DNA of 63,988 nucleotides, filler included, from Basidiobolus ranarum (Eukaryota): NCBI GenBank assembly GCA_040143965.1. It is 3 parts of 3 records of this genome, joined end to end, with 100 filler letters (N's around TTAATTAATTAA, not from the genome) between each part and the next. Parts side by side here need not be neighbours in the genome. Positions count along the whole stretch, not along the records: positions 24,064 to 47,879 come from JASJQH010007036.1; 2 more parts are not named here. One strand, 5' to 3'. Shown piece by piece: positions 25,448 to 38,400 of this stretch (position 1 is its first letter; each line of letters starts with the position of its first letter). The notes under the pieces were generated by a model. It saw only the letters and a program-made list of their open reading frames with translations, ran no database searches and was not told where the DNA came from. The position numbers and the translations under genes were made by a program.

Positions 25448-26337
25448 AATTATCAAGAGTGAATGATGTTTACAGCATGTCAAAAGAACTTTGTTATTTA
25501 TAGAAATCCAATCCACTTCTATTGCTGACGAAAGCAAATCCGAGTCTTACGTAGATGTTGAAGTGAATGAAATATATGTTCGAGAGATTAAAGAATGATT
25601 CATTTCTATAATCATTGTATGAAGCATTTAACCTTGCCCATATTCACTGTCACTTCATGTTACTCCCTAAACTAAGCTGTCGACTGTATGCAATTCTATT
25701 GGTCGGCTAATCAATCATAGCAGATATCATTACAGTAATAAAGTGCGTATCACCCAATGGTAATGATGCAGGCATAACGGAGGTGATTCAGAAGTGAATG
25801 ACGAAATACCAAGGCCAGATAATATAATTACGAGCATATACAGAGAGACTAGGACAGATATGGGCAATGCTTGTTCAACAAATATTCACACTGCGTCTCA
25901 ATGGGCGATGAGCTCTAAATATATGTGGGAACCAATTAATTAGGAAATTTCCTGTTCCAAATAATTCGAGAAGATTCTAGAGACGTGGTGGCAACATAGA
26001 TCAGAGCCGTAGTATCAAGCTCTGCCTGAGCCGATACACATACCAACACCAACACCAGTGCCAAATGGCTGCGGCTGATTGGGTAACAAGAAAAAAGCAT
26101 TGCCAGGCGCATTGTTTTTATATCGTTAGAGTTTACTATGAGATGTGGTTGTCAAATGAAACTCAACATGCTATTTCTTATGTACAAGGGGAGAGAGGAA
26201 GGAGGGAGTAAAAATTGTGTACAATTATCACGTTTGTGGCTAAGAGAGGTGTAATAACTATACAATTAAAGTGGATCTGACAAATTAACGCCTTACTCGA
26301 TGAAACCAGACATGACATTGTGACAAATAATAATAAC

Positions 26338-27366
26338 TTAATGAACAATAACTCGGCTATCTTGCCAACGTGGTGAGGCGGCTGCGTTGGATGCATTGTT
26401 TGGAATGTCCTTGTTGAAGGGTTCACCGTTTGACAAAGGTGCCACCCCAGACTTGACCTTGAAGGTAGGCTTGAATGGTGAATCAGATCGTCGAATTGCG
26501 GTGCTTTCTGTTACCATAGGTTCTACACTGCTTTCTGCCGGTGATTGGGAACGATTGTCTGAAGCTGGGACATGCGCATCGAATTTATTGCGCATTTGTT
26601 CTAGCTCGGAACGAAGTTTAGAATTCTCATCCTCGACTTTGTTAAACGATTCACGTAGAGTTTTCACTTCAGATTGGTATTGTTGAACTTGTTCTTCGAG
26701 AGTAGCAATATATTCTACATATCAAAAACAATTTCATTAGAAACGATGAAAAACCTGGTATAATAAACTATCCTTTCAATCGTTACCTTTTCTTCTTACA
26801 CGGAAGTTTCTAGCTGATATTTTGTTGCGCAGTTGACGTCTTTCTTTAGAGCTGAGCTTTTGAATGTCAGGGTCATTTGGATCGAGCTCGATTTCAATAG
26901 AGCTAGCACGAACTGGTCTGCTGAGATTTTTAGGTGGGCTCTTTCTTGTTGTATTTTGGGGATCAATGGCAGGAACAATGGCTTGTGTTGCTGTCAACCT
27001 TGAAGGCTGGACTACTTGCATGGGAGAGGTAGTGGTGGTATGTAACAAGCTTGGCTCGGTAGTAGCAGAGACTTGAGAATCAACACTATTAAGAAGAGTT
27101 TGGAGAACAAGCTCCAAGTCGTTCTCTTCCATCTTGACGTTGGTCAAAGTGGGAGGTACCAAGGGAGCAGGTGAACGTGCACTTGTTGGTGATGGGGAGG
27201 AGTTTTCAGAGACTTGACCAGGCATATCGTCTTCGAAGTAGTAGCGAAACAACTCGGACTCATTTAAACCCTCTGGTTCTTCAACATACTTTGGATCAAT
27301 AAAGGCATCAAAAGCATCGCATACTTCGCCCTCAGCGAAACAGTTTTGTTCGATAGCAGTAGACAT
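26338..27366 (-). CDS. bZIP transcription factor; intron 26715-26786
   Basis: LSSKERRQLRNKISARNFRVRRKEYIATLEEQV...LRSELEQM basic region and zipper after splicing; TATA-like CCTATAAAT near 27595. Confidence 0.88.
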
Positions 27367-27907
27367 AATTGATGGATAAGTTAAAATCAGTCAACTATGA
27401 TATGGTAAAGGACAGTTAGCAACTATTAGCGTTGGTTAGGATGAGTTCAAGTAGAGGATACTAACAAACTAAATAAGAGCAAATGCGAATTTTTGGAGAT
27501 AAACAATAGTCAAAGGAAGAAGGATTTCGGGTCAGAAATCAATTAACAACAAGGATGAAGAGTAGCGGCACCTGATGGACAGACCCATGCATTTATAGGA
27601 GAGATTGACCAGAATATTCCTACAGGTGAGAGCCAATCTGATTAGCCAAGTGTCAAATTAGACACCGAGCCATAAAAACAGATATGTTCACGATAAGCAA
27701 GCTCCGATCTTCATGGACCAAGGCTAAATCTCTCACAACAACCTAGTGGTTGATTTGTTCATCGCATTGTCTCGATTTGATCATGTCCTTATGTAATAGC
27801 TGAACACTGAGACCCAAATTACAAGTAACTTGCTGGCCCCTTTTCACCGTATTCACCACATTCACTGCATTGTACCACCGTAGTGGTGAGTTGCAACAAA
27901 ACGGCTC

Positions 27908-27992
27908 AACCCTAACACTGGAGATAACCTAACCCTAGCACCTGAATGAGCTTATTTCTGCGTCATGTCCATAACAGTGTTTCCCTAACCCT
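27908..27992 (+). promoter_or_regulatory. Cluster of three telomere-like (telobox) motifs
   Basis: AACCCTAAC 27908, TAACCTAACCCTAG 27925, CCCTAACCCT 27983, intergenic, upstream of the bZIP gene. Confidence 0.4.
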
Positions 27993-28647
27993 CATCTTCC
28001 GCTTATGGATATATTTATGATGGCATTCTCCCCAAATGCCATGATAGCCTATATAAATAGCCAGCACTGCAATCCTATTCGGTCAATCTAGATTTCGACC
28101 ATTGATAACTAACACCATCCGCAATCTGCTCAAATAACCCCTATTCACTATAAAGTCAATCCGACTGCAATCACAAGCCACCGTATCATTTTAGTGTAGG
28201 CTTTTGTTAATGAGCCGATGAGTAGATGAGCCACTGGTGAGGGTGTGATGAGGGTGTAGAAGGGGGAAATATTCTTTGTATTACCACCACTACGACCACT
28301 ACTACCACTGCCACGATGACTGTTCGAGATGACCAGGTCAGGAGATTGAGTTTGTTGAGAATCCAAGGGATCCACCCAATCAACTGATACTACATCCCCT
28401 ATTCCCAACCATCCTCTCATAAGGCCTTCCACAATATCTAGGGTATTTAAGAAGGCGTGCCCGGGTGCTTTTACACTTAAAACCTATCCACAAAGGGAAG
28501 GGATTTTTTATTTAACATGTGCTGTAATGACTATCGTACATAGTACACAAAATAAGGAGAAGAGGTTAGCAAGAGAGTGGTGGAGAAGTAAATTGAAGAC
28601 GGGTAGCAATGAGGATAGCACAAGCTTCTACTAGTAGTATGATAGAT

Positions 28648-30195
28648 TTAAGGCATGTCGGTCAAAATTGTAGATAACATCTCTGCATCCATAGGGATGT
28701 AAAGAATCTCTGTTCCTTCTGAAGACCGTTTAGAATGGATGATTTTATGGTCACGGAATTCAGTAAGCTGTGCACGGAAGGCAAGGTCACTGCTGACCAA
28801 GAACTTCTCACGGCACCTACTATAATATGATGTGTATGGAAGACCCAATTCATGTTTATTGCCTGCAGCTCCATCGGATTCCATGGTGATTTGATATTCG
28901 GCAAGTACTCGGAAGATACCTTTGGCATTTGACGTCAAACTAGCCAGTACGTAGTGGACTCCTCTAACACTCATATCTTTCTGTCTAACCATTAGAGAGT
29001 TCTCAAAGCTAGTTTCCACCACATATGACTCGTATGTTGTGATATCGTGCCATACCCAGTTAAATCTTGCTGTCTTGACCGTATCCCATAGCAGAGCAGC
29101 GTTGATATGGTCGACAGAGGCTATCAGGTGTACATTGGGAACAGCGGCAAGAACACTTAGAAGTGTTTGGACTCGTTCTGTACGCAGTGACCCACCGTCT
29201 ATATTATGAACTAGTAGATAGAGGCGCTCTACGGCCCTGTTACTGCTAGTAAAATATTCGTGAATGGATGAGATCTGTTCTTCGGGGGATCCAAGCGAGC
29301 CGTTTTTCTGTACTACGTCTTCGATAATCTTCCCTAGAATTTCTTTGATAGAGATGGTTGGGAAATAGCCATTAACCACCAATAAAGCACCGTCTGTAAG
29401 ATACGATTGGGCAAACTTATTCAAGAGCTTTCTTTTAGAGCCAAAACCATAGAAGAGGATGTTGAAGCCGGATTTCAACTCAAAATACCACTGGAAGAAT
29501 TGTTGTTCATGAAGATTCTGTAGTAGTTCAGCTTCTTGAACGTGTTTCATTGGGACTGAGCGTAGAGCAGTAATGAAATCCTTGTGCTCCAGTGTAGGAA
29601 GCTTAGATAGAGTATTGTTTGACGTTTGCGAGCTACCTTTGCCATGTAAATCTGAAAAGTAGCGTTCATATCCTTCATGATTATCCACTGGTATTACATC
29701 CTCTACTTCGTCACTTAGTTCGTTTTCGCTATTTGATTCTGGATCGACGTGAATTTGGGTTGGTTTCGGAAGTTTATTTTTCTTTCCACGAGTACTTTTC
29801 TGTTCGGAGTCAGACTCAACGGTTTCTCTATCTTTGGTTGAACTCTTTCCTTTTTGTGAGTTGCTGAATTGAAATAAATTCTTACCACTAGTTTTATTTT
29901 CAGTCGTTTCGGCTTCTTTGGAGGAATTTAAAGGAACGTAAATCTCATCGTCGTCCTCAATTGTGTGAATTTCAGACTCGGAAGGTTTTTTCTTTAGGTC
30001 CACAGTCAAACTAGCGAGAAGTCCACTTTTTGGTCCTTTACTGACTTCTTTTTCGTGTACGGTGCGACGTGATTTTGGTACTTTAGAAATATCTTTCTTA
30101 TCGACAATATTTATGATATGATTAGGAATTTCATCGTTTGTCTGATAAATAATAGGAAGTACTAGCTCCTCATCAAGGTCCATTGGTTCTGACAT
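28648..30195 (-). CDS. ORC2: Origin recognition complex subunit 2, 515 aa, intronless
   Basis: TSNNTLSKL, QWYFELKSGFNILFYGFGSKRKLL, HNIDG, LIASVDH, FRAQLTEFRDH. Confidence 0.96.
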   Translation of the reverse strand: MSEPMDLDEELVLPIIYQTNDEIPNHIINIVDKKDISKVPKSRRTVHEKEVSKGPKSGLLASLTVDLKKKPSESEIHTIEDDDEIYVPLNSSKEAETTENKTSGKNLFQFSNSQKGKSSTKDRETVESDSEQKSTRGKKNKLPKPTQIHVDPESNSENELSDEVEDVIPVDNHEGYERYFSDLHGKGSSQTSNNTLSKLPTLEHKDFITALRSVPMKHVQEAELLQNLHEQQFFQWYFELKSGFNILFYGFGSKRKLLNKFAQSYLTDGALLVVNGYFPTISIKEILGKIIEDVVQKNGSLGSPEEQISSIHEYFTSSNRAVERLYLLVHNIDGGSLRTERVQTLLSVLAAVPNVHLIASVDHINAALLWDTVKTARFNWVWHDITTYESYVVETSFENSLMVRQKDMSVRGVHYVLASLTSNAKGIFRVLAEYQITMESDGAAGNKHELGLPYTSYYSRCREKFLVSSDLAFRAQLTEFRDHKIIHSKRSSEGTEILYIPMDAEMLSTILTDMP

Positions 30196-30498
30196 TCTTG
30201 ACTTCCAATTATTTATCGTTCAAGTTAACGAATACACAAACAAGTCAGTGATGAGCAGAATAAATTGAATGGTAAATTTGTTTTGATTCATAAGAATCGT
30301 TTCCCAAGACGACAACAATAATTTGGATGATTTTAACAACAAATGATATGAGTCGATTTATCCCATTGATCCTTATTATATTGGCATTACTTAGGATTGA
30401 TTCCTAATTTAATTCATCATATATACATACCATTCTTTTTTTTTAAATTCGTTGGATTTGTCTTTACCTTGACAAGAGTTTCGTTTAAACAAGATTTA

Positions 30499-32352
30499 AT
30501 GACTTCAGAAACAACACAACCCCCCGAGGTTAAGGAAGAAATTAGTCAATACCTAGTAAAGGAAGAGATTCCCCTAACAGAAACAGGGAATTCAATAGAA
30601 GATAGAGACGTTCCAACGATCAAAAAGAGGAAGGGTAATAATTTGACTCACAAAGACAGAAGAGAATTCTTTCAAAAACATCGAACCCGTAAACAACAAG
30701 ATAAAGCATCTAATGGCAAAAGAGATATTAAAGCCAGCGAAGAAGAATCGGAGGAGGCAGATGTAACAAAGCAAGGTGTTCCCAGAAGACCAAAGAAAAA
30801 AGTCGCTTTGTTGCTCGGCTTTTGTGGAACCGAGTATCAAGGAATGCAAAGGTATTGTGTAATATAGAGTTGAGGTTTTCAAGTAGCTTTGTTAACGGAC
30901 AGTCGTACCTTTGATAACAAAAGCAATCCAAACGCCAAAACTATCGAGGGCGAACTTTTTAAGGGTTTAGTAAAGGCTGGTGCTATCTCACAAGATAATG
31001 CGGATGATGTGAAGAAGGTATGGAAAGGGTCTAATTGAAATTGCACCATGGCACATATATTGATGATGTAAATATCTTAGGTTGGATTAACGCGTGCAAC
31101 AAGAACAGATAAAGGGGTTCATGCTGCTGGTCAATTGGTATCTTTAAAGTTAATAGTCGAGGATTCTGATGTGGTCGAAGCGATAAACCGGAACTTACCG
31201 GAAGACATTCGTGTGTGGGGTTAGTAAAGTACATTGATTGCTGTGTTCAGATGTGAGCCATGCCGTTGAGAGATTAAGCATGATTCCTATTTTCCAATCT
31301 AGGATACATTCCTGTGATAAAGACATTTCATGCCAAGACTCTTTGCGACTCTCGGATTTATGAATATATTTTACCGACGTATGTATTTTCCCCGCCAGAC
31401 CAAAGTGTTGATCTCTCTATTCCTCAAAATAAACGTACAGTATCTCCATCTACCGAAGAGGAGTTTTCGGCTAAAGGAAATTATCGTGTATCCACAGAGC
31501 AACTAGCCACATTAAAGGATATGCTGAGTAGGTATGTTGGTACGCACAACTACCACAACTACACTGTGGGGAAATCCTATCAAGACAAAAATGCAAAGCG
31601 GTATATTATCAGCTTCGAGGTAAGATTTTACAAAGCACTAAATTGTGTTTACTTTACTCAGATAAAGAGATTATTTTAGTGCGCAGAGCCAAAAATCATA
31701 AATAACATAGAATGGCTGAGTTTCAAGATTCACGGACAATCTTTTATGATTCATCAAATCCGAAAGATGATGGGTACTCTTCTCAGTAATTCTCAAACAC
31801 CTTTTATACTGAATCTAACGAACTAAATCTCAAAAAAGGCATGATCATTTTAATTACACGCACAGGTAGTCCTCTCACACTCATTGAACAAAGCTTTGGC
31901 CCCACCAAAATAAATATACCCAAAGCTCCAGGACTGGGGCTACTTTTGGAAGAGGTAAAGCTCACTTCATTATCCTTGTCTTCACTCGAGTCCTTATTGA
32001 TTTTATCCATAGCCTGTTTTTAGTTCGTACAATCGAAGATCCGAAGAAAAGGAAAGGGAGTCGGTTGACTTTGAAGGTTTTCGAGTGAGTAGACAATTCC
32101 ATTCAACAAGCATGAAATACTAATATTTTTGTCTTAAGGAAACAATTGAGTTGTTCAAAAATGCACGAATTTATCCCTCCATTGTTGAAACCGAATGCAA
32201 AGAAAAAGAGTGAGTCTTCCTTTTTCGCCTTCTAATTAACAACGACTAATTTGAAACTGGTGTATAGGTTTGACCAGTGGATAAAATCGATTGATACCTT
32301 TCCAGAGAGTTACGAGTATCTCAAGCCTTGTACTTCGGTTATTAAAAGTTAA
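30499..32352 (+). CDS. PUS1: tRNA pseudouridine synthase Pus1 (TruA family), multi-exon; head-to-head with ORC2 (303 bp between ATGs)
   Basis: [73 protein letters not shown]. Confidence 0.93.
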
Positions 32353-33184
32353 ATCTAGTTGAAAAAGAAATTTAGAGTGATTAATTAATTATCAACAACA
32401 TAGTGTCGGGATTGGTTAATATCCTACATTATATTTAAGTGGAAATTGTTCTGTACTTAATGACTGTGTTTCTGCCATGGTGCGTCCATTGTTATTAATT
32501 ATCGCCTCTGATTATGGCGTGGCTATGAGCATACTGTCCCTTCTTCCTTGGGCTATTGAACCGTATGTATATCAAACCGGGGCATCTAGGTTTCAAAAAG
32601 CTTATTTGCCCACGTCATTAACAAAGGTGGATTACATAAACTTGATTCAAGGCTAAACAAGCGTTTTGAGGAACAGGGGTTGGAGTTGGACTGTCTTCCT
32701 GGATGGACTTATGATCTGTATTGCGGACTCATTTCAACTGCAAGCGTTCCATTGAGGGTGGCAATGTATGTTGCATTCCCCGAGAATAAATTGCTCGAAA
32801 GAAGGCCAGTGCAGTGCGTAGGGCCAGTGCAAAAAACCTTATCCGTGACAATAGAGCTTAATATGCATCGTGACAATATAGATTACTCTTATGATATCGT
32901 TGACCATTGTAGTGAATTTGAAACGCTTGGGAACCTGTCCTGGCAGTGAGACGGTTCTTGATTGCTATATTGTCCTCTAATCATCATAGTGGCCGGATGG
33001 GTTATAGTATCATTGAAGCAAATAGTGTCGTCGTGACAAACTTATGTCATAATTCTTGCTCAATGGTATGAGAGATTGTGTTTGGATATGAATAGTAAAA
33101 TACAACTGCAGCCGATAGCGGGGTGGCTATAAATACCGCTTATCTTCTACCTTACAAGTAGAATTAATAACGTAGACTTTAGAC

Positions 33185-35213
33185 ATGTCAGCTCTTCAAC
33201 CACTTTCCAAATCTGTAGTTACTGCCTTGTTGATTTCTTCGCAAATCTTGGTTACATATTCGTTAGGCTGTGACTCGCCAATTTACTGTCCAGGTCCATT
33301 ACTGGACCGGATCCAGAAAGCCCAGCTGTATCCAGATTCAAAGACCTTTGTTGACAAGGTAAACATAATATTAAATGTGTCTCCCAATGCATCTATTAAC
33401 CGGTTTCTTTCTAAGCCTACTTCAAAACCATTAGATCAAGTTATGGCAGCATTTCATTCTCTCTCAGCCACCGCCACCAATGATACCATTGCCCAATTTG
33501 TGAAAGATAACTTTCTTGAACCTGGGATGGAGCTAGTACCTGCTGATTTACCCGAGTACAAAGACGAGCCAGGGTTTCTGAACAAGATTCATGATAAACT
33601 TCTTCGTAGCTGGGGACAAATTGTTCACAGCTACTGGAAAAAGTTAACCAGACGCGTTGACGAATCGTACTTGTGTCATGGCTGTGTCACATCGTTGCTA
33701 AAAATCCCAAGGCCTTTTGTCATACCTGGGGGACGATTCCGAGAGATCTACTATTGGTATGATCACACACTCATAATTGAATCCAGCACTTCTCTAACAT
33801 CTACTTCTTTAGGGATACCTATTTCGTGATAGAGGGTTTACTACTAAGTGAACTACACGGAACCGCCAAAAACATGATCGAGAACTTCCTTGATATCGTC
33901 GATACATATGGCTTCATGCGTATGTGTGATATTCAACACCTGCACTCTGTACTCTGGCTAACGAATTGTTTTATTTTACATAGCCAATGGTGCTCGTATT
34001 TATTACCTCAATCGCTCACAGCCTCCCATGCTAACTCAAATGGTCAAGATCTACTATGAGAAGACAAAAGATATAGACTTACTGCGTCGGGCCCTGCCAA
34101 CCCTTGACAAAGAGTACAAGTTTTGGGTGCACAACCACACCATCATCATAGACCATGGAGAGAAATACAAGCTTAGTCACTATAATTCTATTAATGAGCA
34201 TCCCCGTCCAGAATCCTACATGGAAGATTACATCACCGTTGAAGGCTCAGCCCTCGACGAACACGCCAAAAAAGAACTCTATTCAGAGATCGCTACTGGA
34301 GCTGAAAGCGGTTAGTAGAAGTTAATTCGGAATGTCTTATCACATTATATTAAACAGATATGCTTTAGGCTGGGATTACAGTGCCAGATGGCTAAAATCA
34401 TATCCTGCAAGAAACGAAACAGGCCCGGCTATTCTTCGCTCTTTGAACACACGAAAGATCATCCCCACTGATCTTAACGCCATACTATACATGAACGAAA
34501 GGATTCTTGCAGATTTCCATAACATCGTACGTTTCAATCAAAGTGACAACCAGATCAGATATTACACTGAAGCGGCAGAAGTTCGCAGAAAGAACATCCT
34601 CAAGTTGCTTTGGGATGAAACCGATCTTCATTATTATGATTTCAATGCCACTAGCGGTTCAGTCCAGAAGATATTTACTCCTTCCAACTACTGGCCATTC
34701 TGGGCTGAGATATTCCCGGATGGGTTTATCGCAAGGCCCAGTAAAGTGATGAAAACATTCGCCATCGTAGAGCAATTTGCTAATATGTTTGTAGCCGGTA
34801 TCCCTACTACTGAGATCAACTCGACTTTACAATGGGATTTTCCCAATGCCTGGCCGCCACTTCAATATGTATTAATGAAGTCTGTCGTATCTGTAAATAA
34901 CCATGTTAAGGACAAGGCCGTAAAGAACAGACTGAACGAGCTGGGGTTAAAACTGGCCCAACGTATGATAGATGCGGCATTTTGTGGCTGGAGAAAGACT
35001 GGCGGTTCTATCCCAGGTCTTCTTGAGCAAATCCCTGGAACTGAGGGTACAGGCCATATGTTTGAAAAGTTTGACATTACCAAGTTAGGAGTTGCTGGTG
35101 GAGGTGGTGAGTATGAGGTCCAAGATGGCTTTGGTTGGACTAATGGTGTAGTACTTTGGACATTAAACATTTGGGGAGATCGGTTGAAATATCCTGGTAA
35201 TTGTGATTCGTAA
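33185..35213 (+). CDS. Secreted GH37 alpha,alpha-trehalase (4 introns)
   Basis: Hydrophobic signal then CDSPIYCPG; DSKTFVD, PGGRFREIYYWD, YYLNRSQPP, PRPESY, AESGWDYS, QWDFPNAWPP, GGGGEYEVQDGFGWTNG. Confidence 0.95.
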
Positions 35214-35499
35214 CTAGCAATGTTCCTCGATTCGTTGGCCGGTTAGTTGGTTGTAATGATTAGTGGTCGCGATGTAAATCAAGTTACCATAATAAATTCA
35301 GACTAAGCAAAGTAGGGGTGATTTATACATCAATCGTCCATTCAAGTCTATTTTACTTGGAGTGAGCTTTGATACAAACAATGCGTTAATTTTAATAGGT
35401 CAAGGTCGATGACCTCATCTGAAGTGCGTATAAGCTTGATGAATTGATTCCACCACCGTCCATAATTACACTCAAGCATTTCTGTGAATTGTCAGAAAT

Positions 35500-38400
35500 A
35501 TGAACAATACCTATCAACTTTCAACTGCATTACTAGGCCATGAGCTTGACGTACGTTCTGTTCTCATAATACCGAGGATAGACAATAGCTAATTCTGTTT
35601 CAATCATGTTTCCTTGATTTCTAGGTGCGAGCTGTTTTCAGTCCACGTGAAGATTTGGTCATTTCTGCCTCTAGGGATAAAACTGTACGCACTTGGTCAA
35701 GAGCTACCCCAAACTCATTTAACCAAGATAAAATCTTGTTAGGCCATAATCACTATGTTAATTCCTTGGCTTATTTCGAGCCACATGAAGAAAATCCAAA
35801 CGGTAAATATCGAACATTCAAGAAGTCCATGTTCATTACTGATTATATATTTGCACATCACTTTAAAAGGTCTTATAATAAGTGGCAGTAGTGACAAGCT
35901 TATAAATATTTCCGACCCTGAGAAGCCAGAAGAGCCTATATATTCACTTATTGGCCATGAAGACAATGTATGCGCACTTTCGACATACAACAATAGCATG
36001 ATTGTATCGGGCTCTTGGGACAAGTCAGTTTGAAGCAAATTTTGTTCATGCTAATTTTCACACAAGTTAACCAGCTGATTCCATAGAACTGCAAAGGTAT
36101 GGAAAGACTGGCACTGTAGTTACACCTTAAAGGGGCATACGCAAGCGGTTTGGGCGGTATTAGCAGTTGATGAAGAAACAGTAATCACAGGTTAGCACCA
36201 TCATTCCGCACTTCATCTTGTGACCAATAATTCCAACTATATTGGTAGGCTCTGCTGATAAATCCATCAAAATCTGGAAATCTGGAAAGTGTGTCAATAC
36301 TCTTCAAGGCCATACTGATAGTGTGAGGGGATTAGCTCTTGTACCTGGAGTTGGTTTCCTTTCATGTAGTAACGATAGGTACTTATATGTTATGTTCGGT
36401 TCAAGAGGACAAGCATTCATGTAATTTCTCCTAGTTCCCTTCGTCTTTGGTCATTTTCCGGAGACTGTCTTCAGGAGATGAATGGACATACCTCTTTTGT
36501 TTATTCTGTTGCTGTCTTACCTTCTGGGGAGTTTGCTTCATGTGGAGAGGATCGTTCTCTTCGTATCTGGAAAGGTAGAAACCTTCAACATGAATCCATT
36601 TAAACACTTGCTTATCTTATTTTAGAATCCCAATGTATTCAAACTATTATGCATCCCGCTACATCTGTTTGGTGTGTTGCGACCTCACCCAATGGAGATA
36701 TCGTATCTGGAAGTAGTGATGGTGTTGTGCGTGTGTTCACACGAGCCGAGGAACGATTTGCCGAAGCTGAACTTCTTAAGGTTCAGTCTATTTGTCGTAA
36801 CTCTTGAACATTCTTATAGTACTCACCTTTGTGTTTACAGAAATATAATGACCAAGTTGCTAGCTTTGCTATTCCATCGTATGTAACGCTTAGATTTCTT
36901 TCATTTAGTAAGATGCTTACAGTCTACATACCTTTATAGAAATCAAATCGGAGATGTGAAGAAAGACCAACTACCCGGCCCAGAGGCTTTAGAGAGTCCA
37001 GGTAAATTCCTGAATACAAGTAGATATCGAATTTCTAATTAATAACGTGATCATGATTAAAAGGAAAGAAAGATCAGCAAGTGCTTATGATCCGAGTTGG
37101 AGATAAGGTGGAGGCCCATCAGGTTTGTACAGTAAATAATTCCAATTCTATACTGACGGGTACTAACTGCAATACCAGTGGAATCAAGGAAGCAAAACCT
37201 GGGAAAAGATAGGAGAGGTTGTGGACGCAATCGGCCAGAACCGTAAGCAATTGTATGAGGGCATTGAGTATGATTACGTCTTCGATATAGATGTTGGGGA
37301 AGGGATGCCTACTTTGAAGCTTCCTTATAATGTTACAGGTATTTCTCTGTACATGATTCTAGTTTAATAAGCATAAATTAATCTAGTGAATTTTAGAAAA
37401 CCCTTACAGCGTGGCTCAGCAATTTTTGTTCAAGCATGAACTACCTCAATCGTTTTTGGACCAAGTTGCCAATTTCATTATTCAGAATGCTGAGGGTATC
37501 AACATAAGCAATGAAGCACCCCTGTCCGACCCCTTCACAGGTAGTCTCTAAATTGGATTTTATATTCTGAATAATTCTAACTCCATATGTGCAATTGAAA
37601 GGTGGCTCCAGATATGTTCCCGGAAGTCAACAAGTTCGTTATCAATCTTGTATTATGCAAGCAACTACACAGATCTAACAGTCTTTGATTTAGAACCGAA
37701 ATACTACTCAACAGTTTAAGAATCCTGATCCGTTTACTGGTATTTTCTAGCATTATCTGTGAAGCAGTCATGTTCCAATTATTTACCAAGCTCTCTGTAA
37801 TTAAAGGTTCTTCGGCGTATGTTCCTCAACAACAACAAGTATTACCACCAGCTGACTCTTGTTGCTGTATAACTATTTGCTAACTAATCTCATGTATTAT
37901 CCCAGCCTTCAAACCAAGCCAGTAACAATACCCAGATTCCTAATGTTAGTGTTGAGGGTATCTACGTGTGTAAACTTCAGTATAGAGTACTAACCCTTTC
38001 TTTATAGCGCACATACCTCGCTTTGAAGCAAGCGAATCTTGTTCCAGTGTTTAGTAAAATATCCGGGTTGAATGCCGATTTGATAGCTAAGCAGGTAAGC
38101 TTCATGTTCTATCTGCATTGATCCTTCAGCATCTACGTGCATATTCTTCATCTTCTGATACACGATTATTCGTTTGCAGAGGAGTGACATTGCTCTGAAT
38201 GACGATGAACTTCAAATCCTGCGCTCGGCAATTGACAATCTGACTAACTCTAAAGCAGTTGATTTACCAATGCTTCAAGTGATTTGCAAAATTTCTTCTC
38301 AATGGCCACTTGAAATTCGGTTCCCAGGTTAGCTTTATATCGACTGAACCCCCTAGTAACATCTATTGATCCATGATTTGATATTAGGATTGGATATGCT

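Noticed and set aside
26178..26426. Hydrophobic alternate-frame tail and a CAGCCGC-containing hairpin at the bZIP 3' end, suggesting Ire1-type unconventional splicing
   Set aside because: Basic region is not Hac1-like, the loop is 14 nt rather than 7, and I found no second cleavage hairpin.
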